Source of the DNA: Gammaproteobacteria bacterium
GTDB taxonomy: Bacteria; Pseudomonadota; Gammaproteobacteria; Pseudomonadales; Pseudomonadaceae
DNA length: 34,477 nt
Assembly: GCA_012800475.1 (NCBI GenBank)
Contig: JAAZJF010000092.1
Span: 1-34,477, forward strand
Direction: 5' to 3'
This document shows, piece after piece, positions 10,243 through 20,825 of the stretch. A model generated the notes under the pieces. It worked only from the letters and a program-made list of their open reading frames with translations, had not been told where the DNA came from and did not search any database. Numbering within the stretch: the first letter of the stretch is position 1; every line of letters begins with the position of its first letter. The position numbers were made by a program, and so were the translations under genes.

Positions 10243-12390
10243 ATGATTTACGAAGGTAAAGCCATCACGGTGAAGACCCTTGAAAGCGGTATTGTCGAAC
10301 TCAATTTCGACCTCAAGGGTGAGTCCGTTAATAAGTTTAACCATCTAACACTGACCGAACTGCGTGCTGCAGTGGACGCAATTAAAGCCAAGACTGATGT
10401 TAAAGGCGTGATTGTGACCAGTGGTAAAGATGTATTTATCGTTGGTGCAGATATTACTGAGTTCGTTGAGAACTTTAAGCTGCCCGAAGAAGAATTGATT
10501 GCTGCCAACCTCGAAGTGAATGCAATTTTTAATGACTTTGAAGACCTGAATATGCCAACCGTTGCCGCCATTAATGGTATTGCTCTAGGTGGTGGTTTTG
10601 AAATGTGTTTGGCGGCCGATTATCGAGTGATGTCTGAGACGGCCAAAGTAGGTTTGCCAGAAGTTAAACTCGGTATTTATCCGGGTTTTGGTGGCACAGT
10701 GCGCTTAACTCGCGTTATCGGTGTGGATAACGCTGTTGAGTGGATTGCTGCAGGTAAAGAAGGGCGCGCCGACGATGCTTTAAAAGTGGGTGCTGTAGAT
10801 GCAGTTGTGGCGGCAGATAAGCTGTTGCAAGCATCGATTGATTTAATCAAACGCGCCATCTCTGGCGAACTTGACTATAAAGCTAAGCGTCAGCCTAAGC
10901 TGGAAAAAATCAAGCTCAATGCTATTGAGCAGATGATGAGCTTTGAGACGGCTAAAGGTTTAGTGGGCGCGCAAGCGGGCCCGCATTTCCCAGCGCCACT
11001 GGAAGCGGTTAAAACTATTCAAAAAGCGGCGAATCATGGTCGTGAAAAAGCACTGGAAATTGAAGCTAAAGGCTTTGCAAAGCTCGCGAAAACGTCCGTG
11101 GCTGAAAGCTTGATTGGTTTGTTCTTAAACGATCAAGAACTCAAGCGTAAAGCTAAAGCACACGAGAAAATTGCCCGTGAAGTCAAACTTGCTGCCGTAT
11201 TGGGCGCAGGTATTATGGGTGGTGGTATCGCTTATCAGTCAGCCCTAAAAGGCACGCCCATTCTGATGAAGGATATTCGTGAAGACGGTATCCAGTTAGG
11301 TCTTGATGAAGCGGCCAAATTGCTAGTCAAGCGTGTTGAGCGTAAGCGCCTTAAGCCGGCTGCGATGGCCAAAGCTTTGAATGCGATTCGCCCAACGATG
11401 TCGTATGGCGATTTTGGTCACGTTGATATCGTTGTTGAAGCTGTCGTTGAAAACCCCAAAGTGAAGCAGGCTGTTTTAGCTGAGGTTGAGCAACATGTGG
11501 GTGAAAACACCATTCTTGCATCCAACACCTCAACGATTTCAATTAACCTGCTGGCTAAAGCACTCAAGCGTCCAGAAAACTTTGTCGGCATGCACTTCTT
11601 TAACCCAGTGCACATGATGCCTTTGGTTGAAGTGATTCGTGGTGAGCATTCGTCAGACGAAGCGGTAGCGACCACTGTAGCTTATGCGCAAAAAATGGGT
11701 AAAAACCCAATCGTGGTGAATGATTGCCCAGGTTTCTTAGTGAACCGAGTGCTGTTCCCTTACTTTGGTGGTTTTGCCAAGTTGGTCAGCGCCGGCGTTG
11801 ATTTTGTGCGCATTGATAAAGTCATGGAAAAGTTCGGCTGGCCCATGGGTCCTGCGTACTTGCTGGACGTGGTGGGTATCGACACAGGTCACCACGGTCG
11901 TGACGTGATGGCTGAAGGCTTTCCTGATCGCATGAAAGATGATCAGCGCTCAGCCATTGATGCCTTGTATGAGGCCGATCGTTTAGGGCAGAAAAACGGT
12001 AAAGGTTTTTATGCTCACGAAACAGACAAGCGTGGCAAGCCGAAAAAAGTCGTGGACGATGCGATTGCTGAAATCTTAGCCCCCATTGTGTATGAGCAGC
12101 GTGAAGTGAGCGATGAGGACATTATCAATTGGATGATGATTCCATTGTGCATGGAGACGGTTCGTTGCTTAGAAGACGGCATCGTTGAAACAGCGGCAGA
12201 AGCGGATATGGGCTTGATTTACGGTATTGGTTTCCCATTGTTCCGTGGTGGTGCGTTACGTTACATCGACAGTATCGGTGTAGCCGAGTTTGTTGCTTTA
12301 GCCGACAAATACGCTGACTTGGGTGCGCTATATCACCCGACCGAAAAATTACGCGAAATGGCCAAAAATGGTCAAACCTTTTTCGGTTAA
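10243..12390 (+). CDS. fadB: Fatty acid oxidation complex alpha subunit (enoyl-CoA hydratase / 3-hydroxyacyl-CoA dehydrogenase)
   Basis: Crotonase GGGFE and PEVKLG motifs, [13 protein letters not shown]-binding motif, GMHFFNPV. Start moved from 10186 to the ATG at 10243 ([10 protein letters not shown]), which has the RBS GGAGAT. Confidence 0.97.
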   Translation: MIYEGKAITVKTLESGIVELNFDLKGESVNKFNHLTLTELRAAVDAIKAKTDVKGVIVTSGKDVFIVGADITEFVENFKLPEEELIAANLEVNAIFNDFEDLNMPTVAAINGIALGGGFEMCLAADYRVMSETAKVGLPEVKLGIYPGFGGTVRLTRVIGVDNAVEWIAAGKEGRADDALKVGAVDAVVAADKLLQASIDLIKRAISGELDYKAKRQPKLEKIKLNAIEQMMSFETAKGLVGAQAGPHFPAPLEAVKTIQKAANHGREKALEIEAKGFAKLAKTSVAESLIGLFLNDQELKRKAKAHEKIAREVKLAAVLGAGIMGGGIAYQSALKGTPILMKDIREDGIQLGLDEAAKLLVKRVERKRLKPAAMAKALNAIRPTMSYGDFGHVDIVVEAVVENPKVKQAVLAEVEQHVGENTILASNTSTISINLLAKALKRPENFVGMHFFNPVHMMPLVEVIRGEHSSDEAVATTVAYAQKMGKNPIVVNDCPGFLVNRVLFPYFGGFAKLVSAGVDFVRIDKVMEKFGWPMGPAYLLDVVGIDTGHHGRDVMAEGFPDRMKDDQRSAIDALYEADRLGQKNGKGFYAHETDKRGKPKKVVDDAIAEILAPIVYEQREVSDEDIINWMMIPLCMETVRCLEDGIVETAAEADMGLIYGIGFPLFRGGALRYIDSIGVAEFVALADKYADLGALYHPTEKLREMAKNGQTFFG

Positions 12391-12405
12391 TCGATAACAG
12401 ATTAG

Positions 12406-13596
<1,191 letters not shown>

Positions 13597-13613
13597 AAAT
13601 CAGTGTCACATCT

Positions 13614-13642
13614 AAGCCGAGGCCTCGTGTCTCGGCTTTTTT
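13614..13642 (+). terminator. Rho-independent terminator of fadBA
   Basis: AAGCCGAGGC-ctcgt-GTCTCGGCTT followed by a T run. Confidence 0.85.
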
Positions 13643-13657
13643 ATTAGGAAGAAAAGT

Positions 13658-13900
13658 GTGAATGTACAAACAGGTATTTATCAACATTATAAAGGCCCGC
13701 AATACCGCGTTTTAGGCGTAGCTCAACACTCTGAGCACGATGAGCAATTGGTGGTCTATCAAGCGCTTTATGGGGCGTTTGGCTTGTGGGTGCGACCCTT
13801 GTCAATGTTTGTGGAACAGGTTGAAGTGGATGGGCAATTACAGCCTCGGTTTAGCTTGCTGCAAGCAGAAAAAAGTCTGTTTACAGCGCAGGAGCACTAA
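13658..13900 (+). CDS. DUF1653 domain protein
   Basis: GIYQHYKG..Y.V.GVAQHSE..EQLVVYQALYG...LWVRPLSMF...PRF signature; GTG start with AGGAAG upstream. Confidence 0.9.
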   Translation: MNVQTGIYQHYKGPQYRVLGVAQHSEHDEQLVVYQALYGAFGLWVRPLSMFVEQVEVDGQLQPRFSLLQAEKSLFTAQEH

Positions 13901-13918
13901 GAACTAATTGACCAAAAA

Positions 13919-13949
13919 CTTGACCTAGGTGGGTTACAACCTATATATA
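13919..13949 (+). promoter_or_regulatory. Candidate topA promoter (sigma32-like, with an overlapping sigma70 reading)
   Basis: CTTGAC-N14-ACCTATAT resembles the RpoH consensus CTTGAA-N13-14-CCCCATNT. It can also be read as TTGACC-N16/18-TATATA. Confidence 0.5.
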
Positions 13950-14043
13950 GCCTCACTATAAAGTAAGTTATCGTATTTTTTGTGGTGTGCAGCGCATTGA
14001 CCGAGTGCATATCATTTTATCTATTCCAGGAATATTCTGAGCA

Positions 14044-16665
14044 ATGAGCAAATCGCTGGTTATCGTAGAGTCCCCCGCTAAGGCGAAGACAATCAACAAA
14101 TACTTAGGTAATGAGTATGTGGTGAAGTCGAGCGTGGGTCACATTCGTGATTTACCGACAAGCGGGTCTTCTGCTGCCGGTAAAGAGCCAGCTAAGCGTG
14201 CTAAAGCGGCCGACACTGCGCAATTGACGCCCAAAGAGAAAGCGATGCGCACTTTAGTCGCTCGCATGGGTATTGATCCGGAAAATGATTGGAAAGCCCG
14301 CTATGAGATTTTGCCGGGCAAAGAAAAAGTCATTGAAGAGTTACGCCGTCTAGCGAAAGACGCTGACACTATTTATCTGGCCACGGACTTGGACCGCGAA
14401 GGTGAGGCTATTGCCTGGCATTTGCGTGAAGCCATTGGTGGTGATGACAGCCGTTACAAGCGTGTGGTGTTTAACGAGATTACCGAAAAAGCCATTCAAG
14501 GGGCATTTGCCGAGCCTGGGCAGTTGGACATTGATCAAGTCAATGCACAGCAAGCCCGTCGGTTTTTAGACCGCGTTGTGGGCTTTATGGTATCGCCCTT
14601 GCTGTGGAAGAAGGTCGCGCGTGGTTTGTCCGCAGGCCGTGTGCAGTCGGTGGCGGTTAAGCTTGTCGTTGAGCGTGAAAAAGAAATTCGCGCCTTTGTG
14701 CCAGAAGAGTTTTGGCAGGTGCATGCTGACTTAAACAACACCGCGCAGATCAATACGCGCTTTGAAGTTGTGCGTGATACAGGCAAAGCCTTCCGCCCAG
14801 TCAGTAAAGAGCAAACAGATGCCGCGCTGGCTGTTTTAGAGGGCGCAACCTATAGCGTAGTCAAGCGTGAAGATAAGCCCACCAGCAGTCGCCCAAGTGC
14901 ACCTTATATCACCTCGACGTTGCAGCAAGCAGCCAGTACGCGTTTAGGTTTTGGTGTGAAGAAAACCATGATGCTGGCGCAGCGCTTGTATGAAGCCGGT
15001 TACATCACCTATATGCGTACCGACTCGACCAATATTTCTAACGATGCCATTGAGATGGTGCGCAGCTTTATTGATCAAGAGTACGGCGCTAAGTATGTTT
15101 TGGATAAGCCAGTTTTTTATAGCAGCAAGCAAGGCGCACAAGAAGCTCACGAAGCGATTCGACCTTCAGATGTGAATGTGCAAACGCCCCAGCTCAAAGG
15201 TATGGAGCGTGATTCAGAGCGCTTGTATGAGTTGATTTGGCGTCAGTTTGTTGCCTGTCAGATGCCACCGGCTGAGTATATTGCTACCAGTTTAACGGTT
15301 GACGCGGCACAGTTTGAACTGCGCGCACGCGGTCGTATTTTGAAGTTTGATGGTTATACCAAGGTGCAGCCGCAGCAAGGTAAGGGCGCCGAGGATGCGG
15401 TGTTACCGGATCTGAAAAAAGGTGATGCGCTAACGCTAATCAAGCTTGATCCAACTCAGCATTTCACTAAGCCGCCGGCGCGTTTCAGTGAAGCAAGTTT
15501 AGTTAAAGAGTTGGAAAAACAAGGCATTGGTCGTCCTTCAACTTATGCGGCGATTATTTCGACTATTCAAGACCGTGGCTATGTAGCCTTACAAAACCGT
15601 CGTTTCTATGCCGAGAAAATGGGTGATATTGTCACCGAGCGTCTTGGTGAAAGCTTTGCTAATTTGATGGATTATAACTTCACTGCGCAGATGGAAGAGC
15701 GTTTGGATCACGTAGCGCACGGTGAGTTGCAGTGGAAGCAGTTGCTTGATGAGTTTTATCAGGATTTCAAAACTAAGCTTGAAACTGCTGACTCAAGTGA
15801 AAATGGTATGCGTGAAAATGCGCCGACCATGACGGACATTCCATGTAAAGAGTGCGGTCGTCCGATGATGATTCGCACCGCATCAACAGGTGTGTTTTTA
15901 GGTTGCTCAGGTTATACCTTGCCGCCAAAAGAGCGTTGCAAATCAACCATGAACTTGGTGCCAGGCAACGAAATTGCTGAAGATGACGAAGGTGAGTCTG
16001 AGTCTTTATTGCTGCGTAACAAACGTCGCTGTGGCAAGTGTGATACAGCCATGGATGCCTACCTACTTGATGAAGCTCATAAGCTGCATGTGTGCGGTAA
16101 TAACCCCGACTGCAGTGGTTTCGAAGTGGAAGAGGGTGTGTTTCGCATCAAGGGCTACGAAGGTCCAAGCTTAGAGTGCGATAAGTGCGGCAGTGAAATG
16201 CAGCTCAAAACAGGCCGTTTTGGTAAGTACTTTGGTTGCACCAATACGGAATGTAAAAATACCCGCAAACTGCTGCGCAGTGGTGAAGCTGCGCCACCAA
16301 AAATGGATCCTGTGCCTATGCCTGAGCTGACATGTATCAATGTGGATGATACCTATGTGCTGCGCGATGGTGCTTCAGGTATGTTTTTAGCCGCCAGTCA
16401 GTTCCCTAAAAAGCGTGAAACGCGAGCGCCGTTAGTGCTTGAGTTGTTGCCGCATAAAAAAGAAATTGATCCCAAGCACAGCTATTTGTTTACTGCGCCG
16501 ACTCATGATCCCGATGGTGTGCCCACAGTGATTCGCTACAGTCGAAAAACTAAAGAGCAGTACGTGCAGTCAGAAATTGAAGGTAAGCCCAGCGGCTGGA
16601 AAGCTTTTTATGACGGCAAGAAATGGCAGGTTGAAGATAAGCGCAAAGCTAAACCAAAAGCCTAA
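14044..16665 (+). CDS. topA: DNA topoisomerase I
   Basis: [31 protein letters not shown], catalytic GYITYMRTD and C-terminal zinc ribbons. Confidence 0.98.
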   Translation: MSKSLVIVESPAKAKTINKYLGNEYVVKSSVGHIRDLPTSGSSAAGKEPAKRAKAADTAQLTPKEKAMRTLVARMGIDPENDWKARYEILPGKEKVIEELRRLAKDADTIYLATDLDREGEAIAWHLREAIGGDDSRYKRVVFNEITEKAIQGAFAEPGQLDIDQVNAQQARRFLDRVVGFMVSPLLWKKVARGLSAGRVQSVAVKLVVEREKEIRAFVPEEFWQVHADLNNTAQINTRFEVVRDTGKAFRPVSKEQTDAALAVLEGATYSVVKREDKPTSSRPSAPYITSTLQQAASTRLGFGVKKTMMLAQRLYEAGYITYMRTDSTNISNDAIEMVRSFIDQEYGAKYVLDKPVFYSSKQGAQEAHEAIRPSDVNVQTPQLKGMERDSERLYELIWRQFVACQMPPAEYIATSLTVDAAQFELRARGRILKFDGYTKVQPQQGKGAEDAVLPDLKKGDALTLIKLDPTQHFTKPPARFSEASLVKELEKQGIGRPSTYAAIISTIQDRGYVALQNRRFYAEKMGDIVTERLGESFANLMDYNFTAQMEERLDHVAHGELQWKQLLDEFYQDFKTKLETADSSENGMRENAPTMTDIPCKECGRPMMIRTASTGVFLGCSGYTLPPKERCKSTMNLVPGNEIAEDDEGESESLLLRNKRRCGKCDTAMDAYLLDEAHKLHVCGNNPDCSGFEVEEGVFRIKGYEGPSLECDKCGSEMQLKTGRFGKYFGCTNTECKNTRKLLRSGEAAPPKMDPVPMPELTCINVDDTYVLRDGASGMFLAASQFPKKRETRAPLVLELLPHKKEIDPKHSYLFTAPTHDPDGVPTVIRYSRKTKEQYVQSEIEGKPSGWKAFYDGKKWQVEDKRKAKPKA

Positions 16666-16670
16666 GTCAT

Positions 16671-16700
16671 CTGCAGAGCCTCAGTGCTCTGCAGTGTTTT
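16671..16700 (+). terminator. Stem-loop after topA, possible terminator
   Basis: CTGCAGAGC-ctcagt-GCTCTGCAG followed by TGTTTT. Confidence 0.6.
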
Positions 16701-16723
16701 ATTTGATTGATTAAGAGTTATTT

Positions 16724-16972
16724 ATGTCCAGTGCGTTTTTGGAAATTGTTGAGTTGCCGGACGGTCGTATCGTATTGCGTCGTGCCGAAGAAGATACAGC
16801 CTTAGTGACTTTGACTTTCTCAAGTGAGGCGCGTGGTTTTTTAAAAGCGCGCTACATTGATATTGCTAAAGAGATGTTTCATGCCGGTTTATTGGCGGCA
16901 GGGCATTTGGCTGAAGAAGCAGTAGAAGATGAAGTGGATGAAGATGATCCAGCCGGGCATACGGTGCATTAA
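16724..16972 (+). CDS. Small conserved acidic hypothetical protein (resembles the gene downstream of topA in Pseudomonas, PA3009-like)
   Basis: FLEIVELPDGRIVLRRAE...LVTLTFS.EA..FL, with an acidic tail ending TVH. Similarity recalled from memory. Confidence 0.8.
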   Translation: MSSAFLEIVELPDGRIVLRRAEEDTALVTLTFSSEARGFLKARYIDIAKEMFHAGLLAAGHLAEEAVEDEVDEDDPAGHTVH

Positions 16973-16981
16973 GTACAGAGT

Positions 16982-17908
16982 ATGCTCAGTTCTACAGTTT
17001 TAGGTGCAAGTCGCGTGCAGTTGCCCGTTGCACCTTATGTGTTGTTATTGGATTTTTTGTGCGAGCGTTTCACCAGCGTCAGCCGTGAAAGCTGGCATCA
17101 GCGCATGTTGGCGGGGAAAGTACTAAATCAGCAGCAAGAGTCTTTGCTGCCGGATGAGCCCTATCAAGTGGGCGCTGTGGTGTACTACTTTCGTGAAGTG
17201 GCCCATGAGTTGGTAATCCCTTTTACCGAAACAATTTTGTTTCAAGATGAGCATCTTGTGGTGGTGGATAAGCCCCACTTTTTACCCACCATGCCGGCTG
17301 GGCGTTATGTTGAAGAAACGCTGTTGCGCCGCTTGATGAAACGTCTGGATAATCCAGATATTGTGCCGATTCATCGTCTGGATCGACTGACTGCCGGCGT
17401 GGTGTTGTTTTCTATCAATCCGCACACGCGTGATGCCTATCAAGGTTTATTTCGTCAGCGTAAAGTTATGAAGTGTTATGAAGCCTTAGCAGGTGCTTTG
17501 CCGCAGTTGCAGTGGCCGTATCGTCATCGCAGTCGACTGGAGTCTGCGCAACAGTTTTTTCGCATGCAAGAAGTTGTGGGTGTGGCCAATAGTGATACTG
17601 TGATTGAGGTCTGTGAGCAGCAGGGCGATGTATGGCGCTATCGCCTGTACCCCGTGACTGGACGTAAGCATCAGTTGCGTGTGCATATGGCGGCTTTGGG
17701 TGCAGCGATTCTCAATGATCCACTTTACCCCGAGTTACAGTCAGAGCCTGATCAGCAAAGCTTTAGCCAGCCTTTGCAGTTGCTGGCGCGGCACATTAGT
17801 TTCATTGATCCTTTGACGGGTATCTTGCGCGGCTTTAAAAGCCAGTTGACACTGACTTTACCTACGCTTGTAACTAAGGCTGGTCAAGAGTCGTCAAAGC
17901 GTCTATAA
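16982..17908 (+). CDS. RluA-family RNA pseudouridine synthase
   Basis: VVDKPHFLP, catalytic HRLDRLTAG, TGRKHQLRVH, and DPLY...LQLLA. Substrate cannot be assigned. Confidence 0.92.
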   Translation: MLSSTVLGASRVQLPVAPYVLLLDFLCERFTSVSRESWHQRMLAGKVLNQQQESLLPDEPYQVGAVVYYFREVAHELVIPFTETILFQDEHLVVVDKPHFLPTMPAGRYVEETLLRRLMKRLDNPDIVPIHRLDRLTAGVVLFSINPHTRDAYQGLFRQRKVMKCYEALAGALPQLQWPYRHRSRLESAQQFFRMQEVVGVANSDTVIEVCEQQGDVWRYRLYPVTGRKHQLRVHMAALGAAILNDPLYPELQSEPDQQSFSQPLQLLARHISFIDPLTGILRGFKSQLTLTLPTLVTKAGQESSKRL

Positions 17909-17920
17909 TACGCGCCGGCC
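17881..17920 (+). promoter_or_regulatory. Candidate sigma70 promoter of deaD with GC-rich discriminator
   Basis: TGGTCA (17881)-N17-TATAAT (17904-17909)-ACGCGCCGGCC. Confidence 0.6.
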
Positions 17921-18121
17921 AGATCGGCCCCCGTTAAGGTTACTGCAATATCCCGAAGCACTGCTTCGACTGCTTGTCCTACACTGGACTACCCTAGACG
18001 TTTTTTCTAAACAGCGTTCTCGCAAATACTCGCAATTAGGCTGCCAAAAGGGCGACCATTTATGGTCTTTCACGGCGTGTGCAGCTTTCATGGGTCTTTG
18101 CGGATGCACAGAAGGCATACC

Positions 18122-19849
18122 ATGACCCAAGAAATCGAAAACACTCCAGCAGTTGGTACTTTCGCGACTCTCGACCTTCACCCATCCGTACTTGCAGCGA
18201 TCACTGCAGTGGGTTACGAAGAGCCGTCTCCGATTCAAACTCAGTCCATTCCGTTGATTATGGCTGGCCACGATATGATTGGTCAGGCACAAACCGGTAC
18301 GGGTAAAACCGCTGCGTTTGCATTACCTATTTTGTCGCGTATTGATGCCATGCGTCGTGAAGCTCAGGTGTTGGTTTTAGCACCGACCCGTGAGTTAGCG
18401 CTGCAAGTGGCCACTGCATTTGAAAGCTTTGCGGCACAAATGCCCAGCGTTAACGTTGTGGCTATTTACGGTGGTGCGCCAATGGGTCCACAGTTAAAAG
18501 CCATTCGCAACGGTGCGCAAGTGATTGTCGCAACGCCAGGTCGTTTAGTTGACCACCTGAGCCGTAACGGCGGATTACTGTCGACCATTAAGTTTTTAGT
18601 GCTTGATGAAGCAGATGAAATGCTCAAGCTTGGCTTTATGGATGACTTAGAAGTGATCTTTAATGCCATGCCGGATGAGCGTCAGACTGTATTGTTCTCT
18701 GCCACTTTACCAGCGTCGATTCGCGGCATTGCTGAAAAGCACTTGCGCAATCCTCAGCAGGTAAAAATTGCCAGCAAAACTCAAACTGTTGCGCGTATTG
18801 ATCAAGCTCACTTGATGGTACATGCGGATCAGAAAGTGAATGCTGTATTGCGTTTGCTTGAAGTTGAAGACTTTGATGCGATGATTGGTTTTGTGCGCAC
18901 CAAGCAAGCCACATTAGACATCGCTGCAGCACTTGAAGCTAAAGGCTATAAAGTCGCGGCACTCAATGGTGATATCGCGCAGAATCAACGTGAGCGCGTG
19001 ATTGAGTCCTTGAAAGATGGTCGTTTAAATATCGTGATTGCAACTGACGTTGCTGCGCGTGGTCTTGATGTGCCGCGTATTACTCACGTATTCAATATTG
19101 ATATGCCGTATGACCCTGAGTCGTATGTGCACCGTATTGGTCGTACGGGCCGTGCCGGTCGTGACGGTCGTGCATTATTGTTAGTGACGCCGCGTGAGCG
19201 CCGTATGCTGCAAGTGATTGAGCGTGTGACGGGCCAGAAAGTCGCTGAGATTTTACTGCCGGATGCTAAAGTTATTCTGCAAGCACGTATCCGTCGCTTG
19301 ACGCAAGATTTAGCACCGCGCGTTAAAGATACAGCCAACCAGAATGCTGAGTTGTTAGCGCATTTAACCACTGAGTTAAATTGCAGTGCTGAAGACTTGG
19401 CTTTAGCTTTATTGGCTAAAACCACTGAAGGCCAAGCCTTTACATTGGATGGCGTTGAGCGCGAGCAGCCGGTATTGGCTCCACGTGGTCGCGACAATCG
19501 TGATCGTGATGATCGTGGACGCGGTCGCGGTGAAGGTCGCAACGATCGTGGCGAAGGCCGCGGTGATGGCGCAGGACGTGAGCGTCGTGCACCCTTAGCG
19601 CTCAGTGAAGGTAAAGTACGCTGCCGTACGGCGCTGGGTATCCGTGATGGCGTTGCTGCACGTAACTTACTCGGTGCGATTTTAAATGAAGGCGGTTTGT
19701 CGCGTGATGCGATTGGTCGTATCCAGATTCGTGAAAGCTTCAGCTTGGTTGAATTGCCAGAAGAAGGTTTAGAGCGTTTATTGGGTAAGTTAAAAGACAC
19801 TCGCGTTGCTGGTAAGGCGTTGAAATTGCGTCGTTATCGCGAAGATTAG
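18122..19849 (+). CDS. deaD: DEAD-box RNA helicase DeaD/CsdA
   Basis: Q motif, AQTGTGKT, PTRELA, DEAD, SAT, HRIGRTGRAG, an RG-rich linker and a DbpA-type RNA-binding C-terminal domain. Start moved from 18062 to 18122 (MTQEIE). Confidence 0.93.
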   Translation: MTQEIENTPAVGTFATLDLHPSVLAAITAVGYEEPSPIQTQSIPLIMAGHDMIGQAQTGTGKTAAFALPILSRIDAMRREAQVLVLAPTRELALQVATAFESFAAQMPSVNVVAIYGGAPMGPQLKAIRNGAQVIVATPGRLVDHLSRNGGLLSTIKFLVLDEADEMLKLGFMDDLEVIFNAMPDERQTVLFSATLPASIRGIAEKHLRNPQQVKIASKTQTVARIDQAHLMVHADQKVNAVLRLLEVEDFDAMIGFVRTKQATLDIAAALEAKGYKVAALNGDIAQNQRERVIESLKDGRLNIVIATDVAARGLDVPRITHVFNIDMPYDPESYVHRIGRTGRAGRDGRALLLVTPRERRMLQVIERVTGQKVAEILLPDAKVILQARIRRLTQDLAPRVKDTANQNAELLAHLTTELNCSAEDLALALLAKTTEGQAFTLDGVEREQPVLAPRGRDNRDRDDRGRGRGEGRNDRGEGRGDGAGRERRAPLALSEGKVRCRTALGIRDGVAARNLLGAILNEGGLSRDAIGRIQIRESFSLVELPEEGLERLLGKLKDTRVAGKALKLRRYRED

Positions 19850-19891
19850 TCGATTAGCTTGAGCATAAATGCTTAAGCTTTAAAGACATAT

Positions 19892-19929
19892 AAAAGCCGG
19901 TTCAGCTGCGAAGTTGAACCGGCTTTTTT
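19892..19929 (+). terminator. Rho-independent terminator of deaD
   Basis: AAAAGCCGGTTCAGCT-GCGA-AGTTGAACCGGCTTTTTT with a GNRA loop. It is preceded by a second hairpin AGCTTGAGCAT-aa-ATGCTTAAGCT at 19856-19879. Confidence 0.92.
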
Positions 19930-20048
19930 GTTTAAATACAGGGTGATACAAGCATGTTAGGCTGTGTCATTGACTGAGGCTTATTTTTTACTATGTGAGC
20001 ATGCTGCAATAGCATGGGTGTTGTTTACGGTGAATAGAGGGGAGGCAA

Positions 20049-20825
20049 GTGACCTTGCGCATATGTATTTTAGAAGCGGATGATCTGCATCCCAGTTTGC
20101 AAGAAACCTATCTAGGGTTTGGTGACATGTTTAAGCGGTTGTTTTATGCCCAAGACACAACACTGCAGTTGCACGTCTTTAATGTTGTGCGCGGTGAGTA
20201 CCCTGCGCAAGATCAGCACTTTGATGCGTATTTAGTTACCGGCAGCAAAGCGGATTCATTTGCCAATGATCCTTGGATAGTGACTTTGCGTACATATTTG
20301 CAAGAGCGCTTTGCATGCGGTGATGTGTTGCTGGGGATTTGTTTTGGGCATCAGATTTTAGCCTTAGCTTTGGGTGGTGATACTCAGCGTTCAGATAAAG
20401 GTTGGGGTTTGGGTGTACACAACTACCGTTTACAAGCTAAGCCACACTGGTTGGAACATGAGTTGGATCACTTTCAGTTGCTGGTCAGTCACCGTGATCA
20501 AGTGATCGGGTTGCCTGAAGGTGCGCACGTATTAGCCAGTAATGAGTTTTGTGAGCATGCAGCTTTTATAGTGGGTGAGCAGGTGCTGTGCTTTCAAGGT
20601 CATCCTGAGTTCACTGCTGATTTTTCTCGTGCTTTATTACAACTCAGAGAGTCGATGTATTGCCCGCAAGAGTACAGCGCAGCGTGCCAGAGTTTAGCCG
20701 ATAGGCACGATGGCGCTTTAGTGACACGCTGGATGCTCAGCTTTATTAAAGCAGCGCACAATCAGCGTAATGCGGCCATGACAGGCTTGAACTCCATGCA
20801 AAGAGCGTCGATATGCTTGGCTTAA
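20049..20825 (+). CDS. Class I glutamine amidotransferase-like protein (stand-alone, GuaA-like)
   Basis: TGSK, GICFGHQ nucleophile elbow, and FQGHPEF His-Glu dyad. GTG start with RBS GGAGG. Confidence 0.9.
   Translation: MTLRICILEADDLHPSLQETYLGFGDMFKRLFYAQDTTLQLHVFNVVRGEYPAQDQHFDAYLVTGSKADSFANDPWIVTLRTYLQERFACGDVLLGICFGHQILALALGGDTQRSDKGWGLGVHNYRLQAKPHWLEHELDHFQLLVSHRDQVIGLPEGAHVLASNEFCEHAAFIVGEQVLCFQGHPEFTADFSRALLQLRESMYCPQEYSAACQSLADRHDGALVTRWMLSFIKAAHNQRNAAMTGLNSMQRASICLA

Noticed and set aside
19084-19800. 238-aa minus-strand ORF
   Set aside because: Antisense shadow of deaD; its R/S/P-rich composition mirrors deaD codons.
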